DNA of 64,000 nt from a virus (taxonomy: Duplodnaviria > Caudoviricetes), in IMG/VR virus record IMGVR_UViG_3300028591_000007, positions 71,706-135,705 of that record; one strand, 5' to 3'. The position numbers and the translations under genes were made by a program. How positions within the stretch are numbered: position 1 is the stretch's first letter; each line of letters begins with the position of its first letter. Under the pieces are notes generated by a model, which was not told where the DNA came from, searched no databases, and was given only the letters and a program-made list of their open reading frames with translations. Shown piece by piece: positions 46,559 to 57,402 of the stretch.

Positions 46559-46818
46559 TGATCACCCATATTACCAAAATTTTTGTAGTCCGGAGCATAT
46601 TTACACTTAAATTCTTTAACTTTACATTTTCCATTATCCATTTGAAATGGACACTCACGGCATCTAAATTTTAAATCACCAAATCTCTCGTAGTCATTTT
46701 TATATCTGCAAAATGTCTTTGCAAATAAATCCAACAACATTATAGATTGGTTAATATCCCTTGCGTCTATTTGCTCTTGCTCAATTTTTGCATCAACCAT
46801 CTGTATTACGCCAGCCAT
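46555..46818 (-). CDS. small Cys-rich protein
   Basis: CRECPF...C. Confidence 0.6.
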   Translation of the reverse strand: MAGVIQMVDAKIEQEQIDARDINQSIMLLDLFAKTFCRYKNDYERFGDLKFRCRECPFQMDNGKCKVKEFKCKYAPDYKNFGNMGDH

Positions 46819-47142
46819 GGATATCTCTCCTTTAAATTTTTTATTTTTCTTTTAAGTTCATCATATGTTACATTCGCCTGATAATGATCAAGCATATCAT
46901 ATATTTCTTCTGCTATATCTGAAGGAATACTGTGAAATGTCATTTGTTCACCACCATCAAATCTTATACTTACATTAGCCATTATTATTTACCTCTTCAT
47001 TGTCTAATTCCCATAAATCGGTTCTATGATCAGTTCCATAGATACAAGAAATACATGGATACTTGCCGTCTGATGTGTTCTTATGTTTACATCTTCCGCA
47101 AGTGTGATATTTCTCATTATTTATAAATTCTTCGTTTGTCAT

Positions 47143-47511
47143 TTAATCCTCCCCATGTAAAAATCTTTCAAATTCGTCATGTAATGTATCAGCACTTCCA
47201 TCTGATTCTTCAGATTTGTCATTCATATGTTCCATTTTTCCTTTTAATTCATCAAGAAGTTCTTTAAGGGAATCCATTCTTTTAAAAGCTTGTTTTTTAG
47301 CTTCTTCAACTTGTCTGTCAAGTTCTTCACTTGATAAGAAAGCACTTTTAATCATTTTATCAAAGAAATCTTTATATACTTCTGCAGCTTCTGGATTTTC
47401 TTCACTAATGGATCTATATACGCTTCTTATAAAAGCAAGTGATTCAACAGAAAGATCTATAACACTACCAGATATTAAAAGTTCTCCTTTTTCACTATCA
47501 AATCTAATCAT
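47143..47511 (-). CDS. hypothetical protein
   Basis: GGAGG RBS; coiled coil. Confidence 0.65.
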   Translation of the reverse strand: MIRFDSEKGELLISGSVIDLSVESLAFIRSVYRSISEENPEAAEVYKDFFDKMIKSAFLSSEELDRQVEEAKKQAFKRMDSLKELLDELKGKMEHMNDKSEESDGSADTLHDEFERFLHGED

Positions 47512-47786
47512 AATTTCTTTTTAACCTCCCAATAATCTCTTTTATCAAGTTCTTTAGCCATCTTTGAAAATTCTGGTTTAAAATATCCTGTTAAAGTTAC
47601 ATGTTTCATACTTTGAATTTCTTCAAACATATCAAATTTGCTATTTATTAAAAATAGTTTACCTACTTTATTATCTTGTCCAAGTTCAATTTTTGTAATA
47701 TACCACAGGTCTGCTCCACCTGGTAACAACACCTCCATTCCTACTTTATATTTAGTTCCCCTTGCATCATATGCTTCAGTTGTCAT
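47508..47786 (-). CDS. small KOW/SH3-like protein
   Basis: YKVGMEV ... LTGYF. Confidence 0.6.
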   Translation of the reverse strand: MTTEAYDARGTKYKVGMEVLLPGGADLWYITKIELGQDNKVGKLFLINSKFDMFEEIQSMKHVTLTGYFKPEFSKMAKELDKRDYWEVKKKL

Positions 47787-48130
47787 TATCTTCTCCTTTT
47801 ATTTAATATTTTTAAAGCGCTCTCGGGCCATTTTGTTTCGGCACACCAATTTGGTACTTCATGTGCCATCTTATAACAATCAATAAATTTTCCATTAATA
47901 CATAATTTAGGTGTTGCCCATGTAGATGATAAATATGTATATTCATCTGTGACAGGTTCACCATTTTTATAAATTACTCCGCCAGTCCATTCCCAATCTT
48001 CATCAAGACCTGCTGATGCATAATCGGTTTTATTTTCTTTTATTAACCTTGCAGCCTTATTCCAATCAAATACCATAAGTTCATTTCCTCTGTATGCTTG
48101 ACCCATTACCATTGCATATATACTGTTCAT
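47786..48130 (-). CDS. hypothetical protein
   Basis: VFDWNKAA, AGL.EDW.WT, LSSTWATP. Confidence 0.7.
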   Translation of the reverse strand: MNSIYAMVMGQAYRGNELMVFDWNKAARLIKENKTDYASAGLDEDWEWTGGVIYKNGEPVTDEYTYLSSTWATPKLCINGKFIDCYKMAHEVPNWCAETKWPESALKILNKRRR

Positions 48131-48278
48131 TATCTTCTCCTTTTAAGTATTTTTAAAAGTTTAAAAAGAAACAAGAGTCCCCACACTATTCATTTTATTC
48201 ATAGTGGTCCTCTCTTTAAAAAGAAATAAGAGAAGCCAATATTTCTATCAACTTCTCATGTTTGTTTCTAAATATCTT

Positions 48279-48644
48279 TTACTTCTTGGTACTGGTTGAA
48301 GTAACAAGTTCTCCAAAATAACTTTCAGTTGTTACTTCATAAGAATTGTCAAACCACTCAGGTTTCTCATCACAGAGTACAAGTTCTGCACATGTTTCGT
48401 TACCATCCTGATCAATAATACCAACACCAACATGCTCTCCTTCTTTTAATTCATTAACACGATCTAATAAATATCTGTTAATTGCATTATCATCTTTCAA
48501 AGTATGCTGGTATTCGGTATTGAACTTTCCTAACTTGTAAGCTACAATGCTTCCTCCCACAGTTCCGATACCACCTAAGATCCACGGTAATGTCTTCTTC
48601 ATCTTTTTCTTAAAAGTTTCTTCAACCATTTTATTTACCTCCAT
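48279..48644 (-). CDS. membrane-anchored protein in a promoter-terminator cassette
   Basis: GGIGTVGG TM segment; probable paralog of 36367-36765. Confidence 0.7.
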   Translation of the reverse strand: MEVNKMVEETFKKKMKKTLPWILGGIGTVGGSIVAYKLGKFNTEYQHTLKDDNAINRYLLDRVNELKEGEHVGVGIIDQDGNETCAELVLCDEKPEWFDNSYEVTTESYFGELVTSTSTKK

Positions 48645-48669
48645 AAAAATATTTAGGACCTATCATCCC

Positions 48670-48693
48670 ACTATAGCGTTAAATAAATCCGCG
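48670..48693 (-). promoter_or_regulatory. phage promoter CGCG-N14-TATAGT
   Basis: Motif family member. Confidence 0.75.
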
Positions 48694-48753
48694 AATTAGT
48701 TAGATATGTAGTAGCTAAATTATTGTATCAGTTTCGTTTATGAAAGTGATGAA

Positions 48754-49317
48754 TTATTCATCTTTCAAATAAATATCCCATTCATACCAATAAATAAAAT
48801 ATCTTGTACATTCATTTTTTATAAAATAATTCTTTTCAGAATTTTTATGTATAGTTATTTTTGTTGGATCAATTTGTTCAGTTATAATCTTTCCTTCATT
48901 ATTAATATATGTTACATATATAGATTCTTTCTTATATTCAAATTTTTCAATATTATACGATGACACTGCTTCACTTCTTGTATATTCTGAAGTGAATGCA
49001 TTACACATTTCTTTTGTTAGCTTAATAGATAAGACTGTACCACCAATAGCAAATAATAGTATAAATATTGATCCTAATATTAAATGACGCAATGTAAATT
49101 TACCCATTAATATACATAAGAATAGCACAAATCCTATTAATATGATTACAAATATTGTTTCCATTACAGTAATACTCATATTATTTCTCCTCAATATTTT
49201 TATTATAGTTTCCTTTATTCCAACAAACTTTACAAGTATCAAATGAACAATATCTTGGATTGTTTGGGTCCATATTACAATTGTGGAAGAACTTTTTTCC
49301 AGGTTTGTAAAATTCAC
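48754..49317 (-). CDS. two-TM membrane protein
   Basis: Real start likely MSITV after GAGGAG. Confidence 0.6.
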   Translation of the reverse strand: MNFTNLEKSSSTIVIWTQTIQDIVHLILVKFVGIKETIIKILRRNNMSITVMETIFVIILIGFVLFLCILMGKFTLRHLILGSIFILLFAIGGTVLSIKLTKEMCNAFTSEYTRSEAVSSYNIEKFEYKKESIYVTYINNEGKIITEQIDPTKITIHKNSEKNYFIKNECTRYFIYWYEWDIYLKDE

Positions 49318-49391
49318 AATGCAGTTTCATTTTATCAAATACTTCAAAATTTTCCATTTATTATTTCTTTCCTCCTAAATCAATAACAGCT

Positions 49392-49685
49392 TTATAATAT
49401 GTTTTCACGGATATCTTTATCATTATTGAACGATAACATAGTCTTTTTTGGAAGCATTTTTTCTAAATCTTCAAAAGCTTCTTCTCCAGATAAATATAGT
49501 TTTGATGTATAAATATTACAAGAGTTTTTACCATTGTCTATTTCTTTTACTTTCGTCATAAAAGTTTTTGCTACAGTTTCATCTTTGAATAAAAACTCTC
49601 TTGGTCTATCTCCTCTAATCCAAGCATATACGGAATATATTACCATAGTTTTCTCCTTATCTCTGTTCCCAACATGTGAAAACAT
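49392..49685 (-). CDS. hypothetical protein
   Basis: Real start likely MVIYS. Confidence 0.55.
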   Translation of the reverse strand: MFSHVGNRDKEKTMVIYSVYAWIRGDRPREFLFKDETVAKTFMTKVKEIDNGKNSCNIYTSKLYLSGEEAFEDLEKMLPKKTMLSFNNDKDIRENIL

Positions 49686-49938
49686 TTTCAGGCATTTTCA
49701 TTTCTGTGATAAGAGATTTATCCAGATTTTTGTTTGATTGTAACCTTAATTCAAGTTCACCAAAATCATGCATATTCTTATCTTTTTTATCTAGGAATTC
49801 CTTTGCGTCATCAATTGCTTTATTAACAAACCATTTAATGATATCATTGTCATTCATATTATAATCTGTTACATCATCAACAATAGTAGAATACCGGCAA
49901 TATCTTCCATTTGGTTGTTTATAGAATATTGTAGCCAT
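49657..49938 (-). CDS. hypothetical protein
   Basis: KQPNGRYCRYS.IVD..TDYNM. Confidence 0.65.
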   Translation of the reverse strand: MATIFYKQPNGRYCRYSTIVDDVTDYNMNDNDIIKWFVNKAIDDAKEFLDKKDKNMHDFGELELRLQSNKNLDKSLITEMKMPENVFTCWEQR

Positions 49939-50429
49939 TATTCGATCCCTTCTTTAATTTGTAATTCATTCACCATCTTTGCTCCGCAATTAGGACAGAA
50001 ATTAGGTTTAATCCTATCCCACCAAACTTCTGTACCACTAACAAAATATTCGGCATACTTACCACACTCTGAACATTTATATGTATGCCTACCAAATGCA
50101 GCATCTACTTTATCAGTATCATCAATCCAATGACCTGTCTTTTCCTTTGGTGTGACACTTTTTATTCCTAACTCAAAACCTTGACAGAAACCATAATCTA
50201 TTTTGTCGTCAATGTATGTTAAATCATTTATTCTTATCTTATCTAGTATATAAGCTTGTCCATCATTATAGGCTTTTACAATAGCGTGGTCATGCTCATA
50301 TTCAGATTTAGTACCATCTTTAATTCCTTGCTTATAACCTTTGTCATAAGCATTTTTGATACTTTCCTTGACGTTTCCAATTAAACCTTCTAAATTGCTA
50401 TAATCTTTGCTCATCATCCAATCTCCCAT
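49938..50429 (-). CDS. zinc-ribbon protein
   Basis: GHWI..YKCSECG..PNFCPNCGAKM. Confidence 0.7.
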   Translation of the reverse strand: MGDWMMSKDYSNLEGLIGNVKESIKNAYDKGYKQGIKDGTKSEYEHDHAIVKAYNDGQAYILDKIRINDLTYIDDKIDYGFCQGFELGIKSVTPKEKTGHWIDDTDKVDAAFGRHTYKCSECGKYAEYFVSGTEVWWDRIKPNFCPNCGAKMVNELQIKEGIE

Positions 50430-50617
50430 GCCTTTCTTTCTTTCAAAAACGCATCTAAATTTTCTCGATTACGAAATACATTTCTAATAACATAATCATA
50501 GCACATTACAATAGTTTCTCTATTTTCATCTGATATAATATCTCTATTAGCATTGTCTGCGCACTCATCACTGCCGGTATGAATCAGATTTTCAAAATAA
50601 TGTTCTTCTCTGCTCAT
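50414..50617 (-). CDS. hypothetical protein
   Basis: Tiles the array. Confidence 0.55.
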   Translation of the reverse strand: MSREEHYFENLIHTGSDECADNANRDIISDENRETIVMCYDYVIRNVFRNRENLDAFLKERKAWEIG

Positions 50618-50833
50618 TTAATTCTCCTTTGGCGGTTCTACTGCTCTAATTCCTCTTTGGTATTTTCTAGCCAAATTTATTTCTCCTTGACATTCAAAAC
50701 ATAAATCAAGCTTTGTAAGGGCATACAGAGCTTCTATATCGCCTTTTTTATCGTTAACCATTACACTATATTGAATCGGCATAGACTCATCTGTAAAGAA
50801 ACTACCGCATAGATCACATTTATATGCTTTCAT
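50618..50833 (-). CDS. small zinc-ribbon protein
   Basis: YKCDLCG ... DLCFEC. Confidence 0.65.
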   Translation of the reverse strand: MKAYKCDLCGSFFTDESMPIQYSVMVNDKKGDIEALYALTKLDLCFECQGEINLARKYQRGIRAVEPPKEN

Positions 50834-51077
50834 TTTTTACCTCCGTATTTTCCTTAAAATGTATTTTATTTTCTTTGAGTAAACAGTACATTTCATCACC
50901 AAGTGGTCCTTTTATTGCCCATTTGTAAAAATCTTTCTTTACTTTATTTTTCTTCTTGTTGCTAAAACTTACAGATGACGAAACAAAAGGACCACATATA
51001 TTAATGCTTATTCTCCATATTTTGGATTCTTTATTATACCATATATAAGGTTCATTAATATGAATTGTTAAATCCAT
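50820..51077 (-). CDS. hypothetical protein
   Basis: AAGGAGG RBS. Confidence 0.6.
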   Translation of the reverse strand: MDLTIHINEPYIWYNKESKIWRISINICGPFVSSSVSFSNKKKNKVKKDFYKWAIKGPLGDEMYCLLKENKIHFKENTEVKNESI

Positions 51078-51319
51078 TAAGATTCCTCCTTATCAATATA
51101 TCTTTGTATAGTATTACTAATTGAATCTGCAGCTTTATCCAAAACGTGCAGATAAATCCTATTTGTACCATCTTTAGTTGTCTTACACATTAATATATTT
51201 CCACTCTTGAAATCATTATTGTCCTTAAACAGTTCAAAAAGATTGTCAAAAGTTGTATCCATATTATTCTTATTATCAAAAGTAATTGTAAATGTTTTCA
51301 TATTTTTTATCCTTATCAA
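51077..51319 (-). CDS. shorter tandem paralog of 51379-51699
   Basis: M.TF.ITFDNK.MD.T.DNLFE ... IYLHV.DKAA. Confidence 0.65.
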   Translation of the reverse strand: MIRIKNMKTFTITFDNKNNMDTTFDNLFELFKDNNDFKSGNILMCKTTKDGTNRIYLHVLDKAADSISNTIQRYIDKEES

Positions 51320-51378
51320 TTTCCAGCCGCCAGAAAGTAATACATGATCTTCCAGCAGCTGGTTAACTTATTTCTTTA

Positions 51379-51699
51379 TTATTTCTTTTCCTCTTCATAG
51401 AATGTTGTAATGCTTGAATTTACAGGCAACTTGATCGGAATATCTTTACATTCAGATTTAGTTGTTATGAAGTTAAAGCTCATAGGCGCATCAAATGCAT
51501 TTGCTATAACTATTGCATATGAACCTGCTGCCTTATCTGAAACATGCAGATAGATCTTATTTATACCATCTTCAGTTGTCTTACACATTACTATTTTACC
51601 TGTCTTAAGATCATTACTACCCTTAAATACTTCAAAAAGATTGTCTAAAGTTACGTCCATATCGTTCTTGTTGTCAAAAGTAATTACAAATGTTCTCAT
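51379..51699 (-). CDS. hypothetical protein, tandem paralog of 51077-51319
   Basis: Shared sequence; AAGGAG RBS. Confidence 0.7.
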   Translation of the reverse strand: MRTFVITFDNKNDMDVTLDNLFEVFKGSNDLKTGKIVMCKTTEDGINKIYLHVSDKAAGSYAIVIANAFDAPMSFNFITTKSECKDIPIKLPVNSSITTFYEEEKK

Positions 51700-52074
51700 A
51701 TTTTTATTCTCCTTTGTATGTATGTTTTTTATTATGTTTTATTACTGGCTAGAATCTCTTTTAATTATTAAAATTCATCTCATGTATTATATTTTCTACT
51801 GCATCTTTAAGTATTTCATTAAAGCTATAAGTTCTTTTGAATCCTTGAAGAATCATCTCAAGTGTCATTACTGCCATTTCCAATTTTATCATTCTCCTCC
51901 TTGTTAAGTATCCAAGCATTATAACACTTAATGAAAGCTTCTTTTGTAAGTATTAATTTTCTGTAACCAACAAATTTAGAATCTTTATCATTAAACTTGT
52001 CATCTTGTCACCAGTTTCTTGAATATAATTTATCATCTTCTATATAATATTCAATACCTTGATCAATAATCATA

Positions 52075-52317
52075 TTATTTCTCACTTTCTTTCAGTCTTT
52101 GCAAGGCGTCATAATAACCTTTTCTATATGCCTTTTCTAACGCACTTGCATTTTGTGTAGCCGTTGTCCATTTTTCTGTCACATCTACACCATACAATGT
52201 ATAGTTAATAGCATAAACATACGCTGTTTCTATTACCATTGGTGGCATCTTTGATAATTCATCTATTAACTGTTTGGTTTTATATTCCTGTATCTGTTTT
52301 TCAAAATCTTGAATCAT
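52075..52317 (-). CDS. hypothetical protein
   Basis: Tiles the array. Confidence 0.6.
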   Translation of the reverse strand: MIQDFEKQIQEYKTKQLIDELSKMPPMVIETAYVYAINYTLYGVDVTEKWTTATQNASALEKAYRKGYYDALQRLKESEK

Positions 52318-52324
52318 ATTATTT

Positions 52325-52609
52325 TTACTTTTTAGTTAAATCTGGTAAGTTATATAAATAATCAAGACTAACTGCTTCAATTGCTGTACCATTGATATTA
52401 ATAGTTATAACTGGATTATCTTTGTCGATCTTATCTTCATCTATTTTACCTAAATCCACAATTTTTCCATGATTTGCAGGAAATGGTGCACTGTTTGCAA
52501 TAGCTTCATAAACTCTTGATGCCAGACTATTAAAGGGTGCTTTTTCATACTCTTTGAGTCTTTCATAATCTTCTTCTGATATTTTAATTACTAATTCCAT
52601 GTCCGCCAT
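52325..52609 (-). CDS. hypothetical protein
   Basis: ELVIKISEEDY ... P..HG. Confidence 0.65.
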   Translation of the reverse strand: MADMELVIKISEEDYERLKEYEKAPFNSLASRVYEAIANSAPFPANHGKIVDLGKIDEDKIDKDNPVITININGTAIEAVSLDYLYNLPDLTKK

Positions 52610-52611
52610 AA

Positions 52612-53118
52612 TTATTCCTCGCTTTCTGCTTTATATTTATCTATTACATCAAGACACCAACATAATGCTCTTGCTCTATCTGTATTTAAATTTTGGTTGA
52701 TTTTTGCACGCTCCTCTATATCTGCCCTTATCTTATCTAGAATAAATTGTTGTTTCTCATGTTGCTTCATTTTTATCTTGTAAGTTAAATTATCTATACA
52801 TACTCCAGTATAATAATAATCCTTACAAGTTGTTTCAAGTAAATATGTTGGATTATCCCATTTGTTTTCATCAATATCAACATCTGTTATATCTATAACA
52901 ATTTGCCATAAAGGACTACGATAAAGATAATCACGTATAAAGTGTGTTACATCTTTTAAACTATCTGCAACAAACCATATTTGACAAGGTTCTGTACCAT
53001 GACCGCAACAACATTCAACAGTTTCTATACCTTCTATATTATTCATACATTTAATTAACTCAACTAATTCATAGTCAATATCATTGTATGGAATAACAGT
53101 ATTACTTCCTTTTTTCAT
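52612..53118 (-). CDS. hypothetical protein with TxxCCxGH motif (Tyw3-like signature)
   Basis: GIETVECCCGHG. Confidence 0.55.
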   Translation of the reverse strand: MKKGSNTVIPYNDIDYELVELIKCMNNIEGIETVECCCGHGTEPCQIWFVADSLKDVTHFIRDYLYRSPLWQIVIDITDVDIDENKWDNPTYLLETTCKDYYYTGVCIDNLTYKIKMKQHEKQQFILDKIRADIEERAKINQNLNTDRARALCWCLDVIDKYKAESEE

Positions 53119-53132
53119 TTATTCATCATCCT

Positions 53133-53360
53133 TTAAATTAAATTATTAATTGCTTCAGTTAAACCAAAAAGTGACTTTTGGCTATCGGATATACTCTCGA
53201 GTTTGTTTTTATATTTTTGAATATCTTTCTTTAATGCAAAGTTTTCAGCTTGTAGGTCTGCATTTTCGTTATTCAATCTAATTATTTCTAATTTTAATTT
53301 TTCCATTTCATCCTTAAAATGTTTTGATACTTCAGCTCGTATTCTTTCATAGTCTTTCAT
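53133..53360 (-). CDS. coiled-coil protein, paralog of 46058-46291
   Basis: Near-identical sequence. Confidence 0.7.
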   Translation of the reverse strand: MKDYERIRAEVSKHFKDEMEKLKLEIIRLNNENADLQAENFALKKDIQKYKNKLESISDSQKSLFGLTEAINNLI

Positions 53361-53924
53361 TTATTCACCATCCTCACTTTCTTCAAGTTCTTTTAAACTT
53401 TTCTTTACATATGATATAGTATCTTTTAGAGTATAATCTAGTTTATTCTCACACATTGAAATAGCAGTATTAACGATGTTTAATAACATAAGATCTTTTT
53501 TATTTTTAGTTTGTTTTATATCTTTATCTTCATCTGATTCTTCTTTATATTCTAATAATTCTTTAGGAGAACCTTCAAAAAGAATTTTATCATAATGTAT
53601 AACTTTTATATATATTTCATTTTTACAACCATTATACACTATATCATAATTGTAATCTCCTTTAAAATCTTGAGGATAAATATATACCTCACCGGGACCC
53701 TTTTTTACATTACTAATATATTGCGCTATTAAACATGAAAAACCATTTGCAATCGTATTCATATCATCAAAACATATTATTCCATTAACTATCTTTTTAG
53801 ATAATAAAAACTCTGCTAAGTCATGTCCAACTCCCTCGATGTAACCGTCATAATGATGATATACATTAACTAAAATTGAATTATCTTCTTCATATTTAAA
53901 TCTTATAGCTGCAGTTGTTCCCAT
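53361..53924 (-). CDS. conserved phage protein (Y.H.DGY motif)
   Basis: MGT.A.I ... VYHHYDGY.EGVG.DL. Confidence 0.7.
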   Translation of the reverse strand: MGTTAAIRFKYEEDNSILVNVYHHYDGYIEGVGHDLAEFLLSKKIVNGIICFDDMNTIANGFSCLIAQYISNVKKGPGEVYIYPQDFKGDYNYDIVYNGCKNEIYIKVIHYDKILFEGSPKELLEYKEESDEDKDIKQTKNKKDLMLLNIVNTAISMCENKLDYTLKDTISYVKKSLKELEESEDGE

Positions 53925-53947
53925 TTAGTTCTCCTTATCAAATTTAA

Positions 53948-54220
53948 TTACATATTCATTAATTTTTCATAAATCATATCTAATTTTTTGTCAATTGATT
54001 TTGTTTTAAAATCTTTTATTAATTCATCATTGTGATGTGTCTTATTTTTTTGATTAGTTGGTTGATATATTTCTGTAGGTATATGTTTTTGTGGGCCATC
54101 CATAGGACAAGATAATACATCATAACGATTGCCAATATTTGCATAAACTGTGCAATCTTGTGCATACTTACAATGGATGCATAATGATATAGAATTTTTA
54201 CTTTTTTGTATTATATCCAT
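53948..54220 (-). CDS. small Cys-rich protein
   Basis: LCIHCKY...C. Confidence 0.6.
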   Translation of the reverse strand: MDIIQKSKNSISLCIHCKYAQDCTVYANIGNRYDVLSCPMDGPQKHIPTEIYQPTNQKNKTHHNDELIKDFKTKSIDKKLDMIYEKLMNM

Positions 54221-54419
54221 TATTTATTCACTCCTTTTTAATTATCTCAGTACACTCGCTTCTGCCATTCCAGTTTATTATTGCTTCACTTGTACGCTCG
54301 AACTCCTTTGTTTGCATACCGCATTGTGGACATATTATTTTATATTTTGTACGAATGTCGTATGACAAAAATTCTATTCTGCCATTACATATGCATATCT
54401 TTGGTATATATGTGGAACT

Positions 54420-54641
54420 TCATAAAGTTATTTTTACATTGTTACAACTTGGACAAGACAATAAACCAGGAAAATCTTTGTCATCATTTGTAAGATTATT
54501 ATAAGATTTAGATTGATTTAATTTTTTATCATATTCATTAAATATTTTGTTTTCAGTTTTTATTTTTACAATTATACCTGTTATAAATGATATAGTAAAG
54601 GAAACTGCAAAACATATCCAAAATACTGCACAATTAGTCAT
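54420..54641 (-). CDS. small membrane protein
   Basis: N-terminal TM segment; CPSC. Confidence 0.55.
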   Translation of the reverse strand: MTNCAVFWICFAVSFTISFITGIIVKIKTENKIFNEYDKKLNQSKSYNNLTNDDKDFPGLLSCPSCNNVKITL

Positions 54642-54904
54642 TTATTCCTCCCTTTCATAAATAATTGTGTATGTTGTTACTTCTTTATCTGCAGAATCTT
54701 TTATATGATCCTGAAATACATTAATGATTGTATAACCGCATCCTTGAAGTAAATATAATTCATGACTAAGATCACCAGGTTTTATCATTTCTGAATATAC
54801 TTTTTTCATTTATTTCTCCTTATTCATAACCACTTTCTTATCACACTTTTTATTCTAAAAACTGAATTTTTCATTACATTCAAAATTAAACTGTACTACT
54901 TATT

Positions 54905-55381
54905 TTATTCATAGCAGAAATATTCATATTTTATTTTTTCATTTGGTGTTGGAACTTTATCATATAAACCGCTACCTAATTTTGAATTCTTGGATTGATA
55001 TACAACATTAGACGGACATATAGGTCCAAATATTAATAAATACTTAGCTAACATTTTTATTCTTTTTGGAACTTTTACAGTTTTATAACCATTTACAGTA
55101 ACATTTGCATATTGTCCTTTTGTTGTAATTATTTCGTCAATAGTATCGCCTTTCCAGCTCTTTCGATATACTCGATTAAGTACAACAGAACCAGTGAGTA
55201 AAAGGCACTTATCACCATTATCTTTATTTTCAATAGTCATGACACCACCAAGACTTTGAACATCTTGCTTTGAAGGTGAGCCAAACATATCAAACCATTT
55301 ATCAGGGATTGTTCCTCCTGATAAAATAATACTAAGCGCTACTATACCAACAATTGTTTTTGTTATCTGAGTTACTTCCAT
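54905..55381 (-). CDS. SleB/CwlJ-like cell wall hydrolase
   Basis: N-terminal hydrophobic leader; Glu in TIE; SVVLNRV and TI.EII...GQY motifs. Confidence 0.65.
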   Translation of the reverse strand: MEVTQITKTIVGIVALSIILSGGTIPDKWFDMFGSPSKQDVQSLGGVMTIENKDNGDKCLLLTGSVVLNRVYRKSWKGDTIDEIITTKGQYANVTVNGYKTVKVPKRIKMLAKYLLIFGPICPSNVVYQSKNSKLGSGLYDKVPTPNEKIKYEYFCYE

Positions 55382-55402
55382 TTTTATTTCTCCTCCTTTA
55401 AT

Positions 55403-55828
55403 TTAAATTATTCCTTTCTGTTCTGCTTTCCATTCGGCAATTTTATCATAAAATATCTTTTCAGCATGTTCTTTGTCTTTTGCTTGAATATATATTTGGA
55501 AACCGTAAGGACTTCCATCAATTTTAGTTTTATTTATGACTTTATTTATTTCTTTTAAGGTAGAAACATACCAGTAATTTTCCCGATAAATTTCAATTGA
55601 TTCATTATGAATAATCTTACCATCTATAATATTTCTAGTTGGTAAATTATACTCACAGTTCCAACATGGATCATTTATTAATATCTTTGGAAAATCATCA
55701 GTATCATATTCTTCTATTCTTTCTTCAGGAAATACATTAACCATTTTTTCTGCTTCTTCTTTATCTAAAGTAACCGCATCAATACAATAATCAGAATATT
55801 CACCAGATGTTATAATATATACTTTCAT
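55403..55828 (-). CDS. hypothetical protein
   Basis: MKVYIITSGEYSDY.I.AV. Confidence 0.7.
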   Translation of the reverse strand: MKVYIITSGEYSDYCIDAVTLDKEEAEKMVNVFPEERIEEYDTDDFPKILINDPCWNCEYNLPTRNIIDGKIIHNESIEIYRENYWYVSTLKEINKVINKTKIDGSPYGFQIYIQAKDKEHAEKIFYDKIAEWKAEQKGII

Positions 55829-56011
55829 TTATTTACCCCTTTTCTTTTAAGTATTCATTAATTATGTCAATTCCTTCTTGAATTTTATTAAGTAAAACAT
55901 TATATTCTTCTTGTGTTAAAACAAATTGATCATTATCATTAGATTCTTTTTTCAAAAATACTCCACAAACTCTTGTAAAACTAACTTTACTTTCACTTAA
56001 TTCAAATGCTG

Positions 56012-56341
56012 TCATTTTATTAATCCGTCCTTCCCATATAATTTATCTACATTTTCTTTATATTTTCTCAAATCTTCAAGTTCTTTTACTGCTGCATCAA
56101 CTTCTCTATCTTTATTAACAAGTTCACGATCATAAATGTATTTCTCTGATGTTTTTTCAATCATTTCTATAACTCGATTATAAGTTATAATTTTTGCATA
56201 ATTTGCTGCAATAGTAATACTATTAGTATCATCGGGATCTGCTGCAGCTGATACTCTATTTCTTTCATCTGAAATATTTTCTATAATTATATCTTTTAAT
56301 TGATTTGCATAATATACATGATCTCCACTCATATCATTCAC
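56012..56341 (-). CDS. hypothetical protein
   Basis: AAGGAG RBS. Confidence 0.6.
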   Translation of the reverse strand: MNDMSGDHVYYANQLKDIIIENISDERNRVSAAADPDDTNSITIAANYAKIITYNRVIEMIEKTSEKYIYDRELVNKDREVDAAVKELEDLRKYKENVDKLYGKDGLIK

Positions 56342-56344
56342 TCC

Positions 56345-56683
56345 TTAATTCAATGGACATTTTGGATCTCTTTGTTTCTCGTAATCTGTACTATCATCCA
56401 TTAGTAACATTCCGTAATCAAGACCGCAATAATCAAAAAGACCATCTTCTACATGATACACACATTTATCACAAGATTCGGGTTTATATTCTTCTTCATT
56501 TTCGTCGGGAGCACTAGGATTATCACATTCCATCATACCACATTCATTAGGTCTTTTATCAGTTACTTCGAAATGTTTCTGTCTTGCATTACAATATACT
56601 TCTTTTGGTGTTATATGTATACTGCAAGGACATTCTCCACAATTTTTTGGAATATCTTGTAAATACTTTACTAAAAATGGCAT
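56345..56683 (-). CDS. Cys-rich protein
   Basis: Two P..C..C repeats ending CPL. Confidence 0.65.
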   Translation of the reverse strand: MPFLVKYLQDIPKNCGECPCSIHITPKEVYCNARQKHFEVTDKRPNECGMMECDNPSAPDENEEEYKPESCDKCVYHVEDGLFDYCGLDYGMLLMDDSTDYEKQRDPKCPLN

Positions 56684-56899
56684 TTATTCCTCCTTTAGAA
56701 AACCTATAACTTTATTAATATCTATACTATCGATAATTCTATACTGATTAATCCAATCTTTACCAATAGCAACCGGTTCAAAATCTATAGTATCAAGACA
56801 ATGGAAACTATTTTCTCTTTCTCTGAGTATTAAATAATGTGTATCATCATTCGGATTACATGTATCGACTATAATATCTCCCCGTTTGAATTCTTTCAT
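56684..56899 (-). CDS. small KOW/SH3-like protein
   Basis: FKRGDII. Confidence 0.6.
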   Translation of the reverse strand: MKEFKRGDIIVDTCNPNDDTHYLILRERENSFHCLDTIDFEPVAIGKDWINQYRIIDSIDINKVIGFLKEE

Positions 56900-57080
56900 T
56901 CTTTTTCTCCTTTATCATTTTAAAAATCTTATTTATTATTTTTTCGTCAATTTCATAATCTTTAAATGAACCTTCAGAAAAAACTTCGGCATATACACAA
57001 TTAGTTTTATCACTTTTAAAAAATGTAATACTACTAATACGGTTTAAATTACATATATTATCATCTTCATCTTGAATCAT
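56856..57080 (-). CDS. hypothetical protein
   Basis: AAGGAGG RBS. Confidence 0.55.
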   Translation of the reverse strand: MIQDEDDNICNLNRISSITFFKSDKTNCVYAEVFSEGSFKDYEIDEKIINKIFKMIKEKKNERIQTGRYYSRYM

Positions 57081-57150
57081 TTATTTACTCCTCCTTAACA
57101 ATTAAAATATTTTTCACATTTTATTTCTTTATTATATCATTTACAATTTT

Positions 57151-57402
57151 TTAACATTCTTTTAATTTAATATATACTGTTTTTCCATCATGTTCAACTT
57201 CATAGGTCAACTGTCCATCACCTTCAATATACAATTTATCATACTTGTGACTAATTGTTAAAAAACCAACAGCTGACAAAATATATCTTATATCAAAAGT
57301 TTCAAAGTAAAACCATTTTTTATCTCCAGGTTGTATAGGTATCTGCATACTATTTAAGTATAATATTATATTACTATCGTTTATTACTGTATATTGAGTC
57401 AT
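57151..57402 (-). CDS. hypothetical protein
   Basis: Tiles the array. Confidence 0.55.
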   Translation of the reverse strand: MTQYTVINDSNIILYLNSMQIPIQPGDKKWFYFETFDIRYILSAVGFLTISHKYDKLYIEGDGQLTYEVEHDGKTVYIKLKEC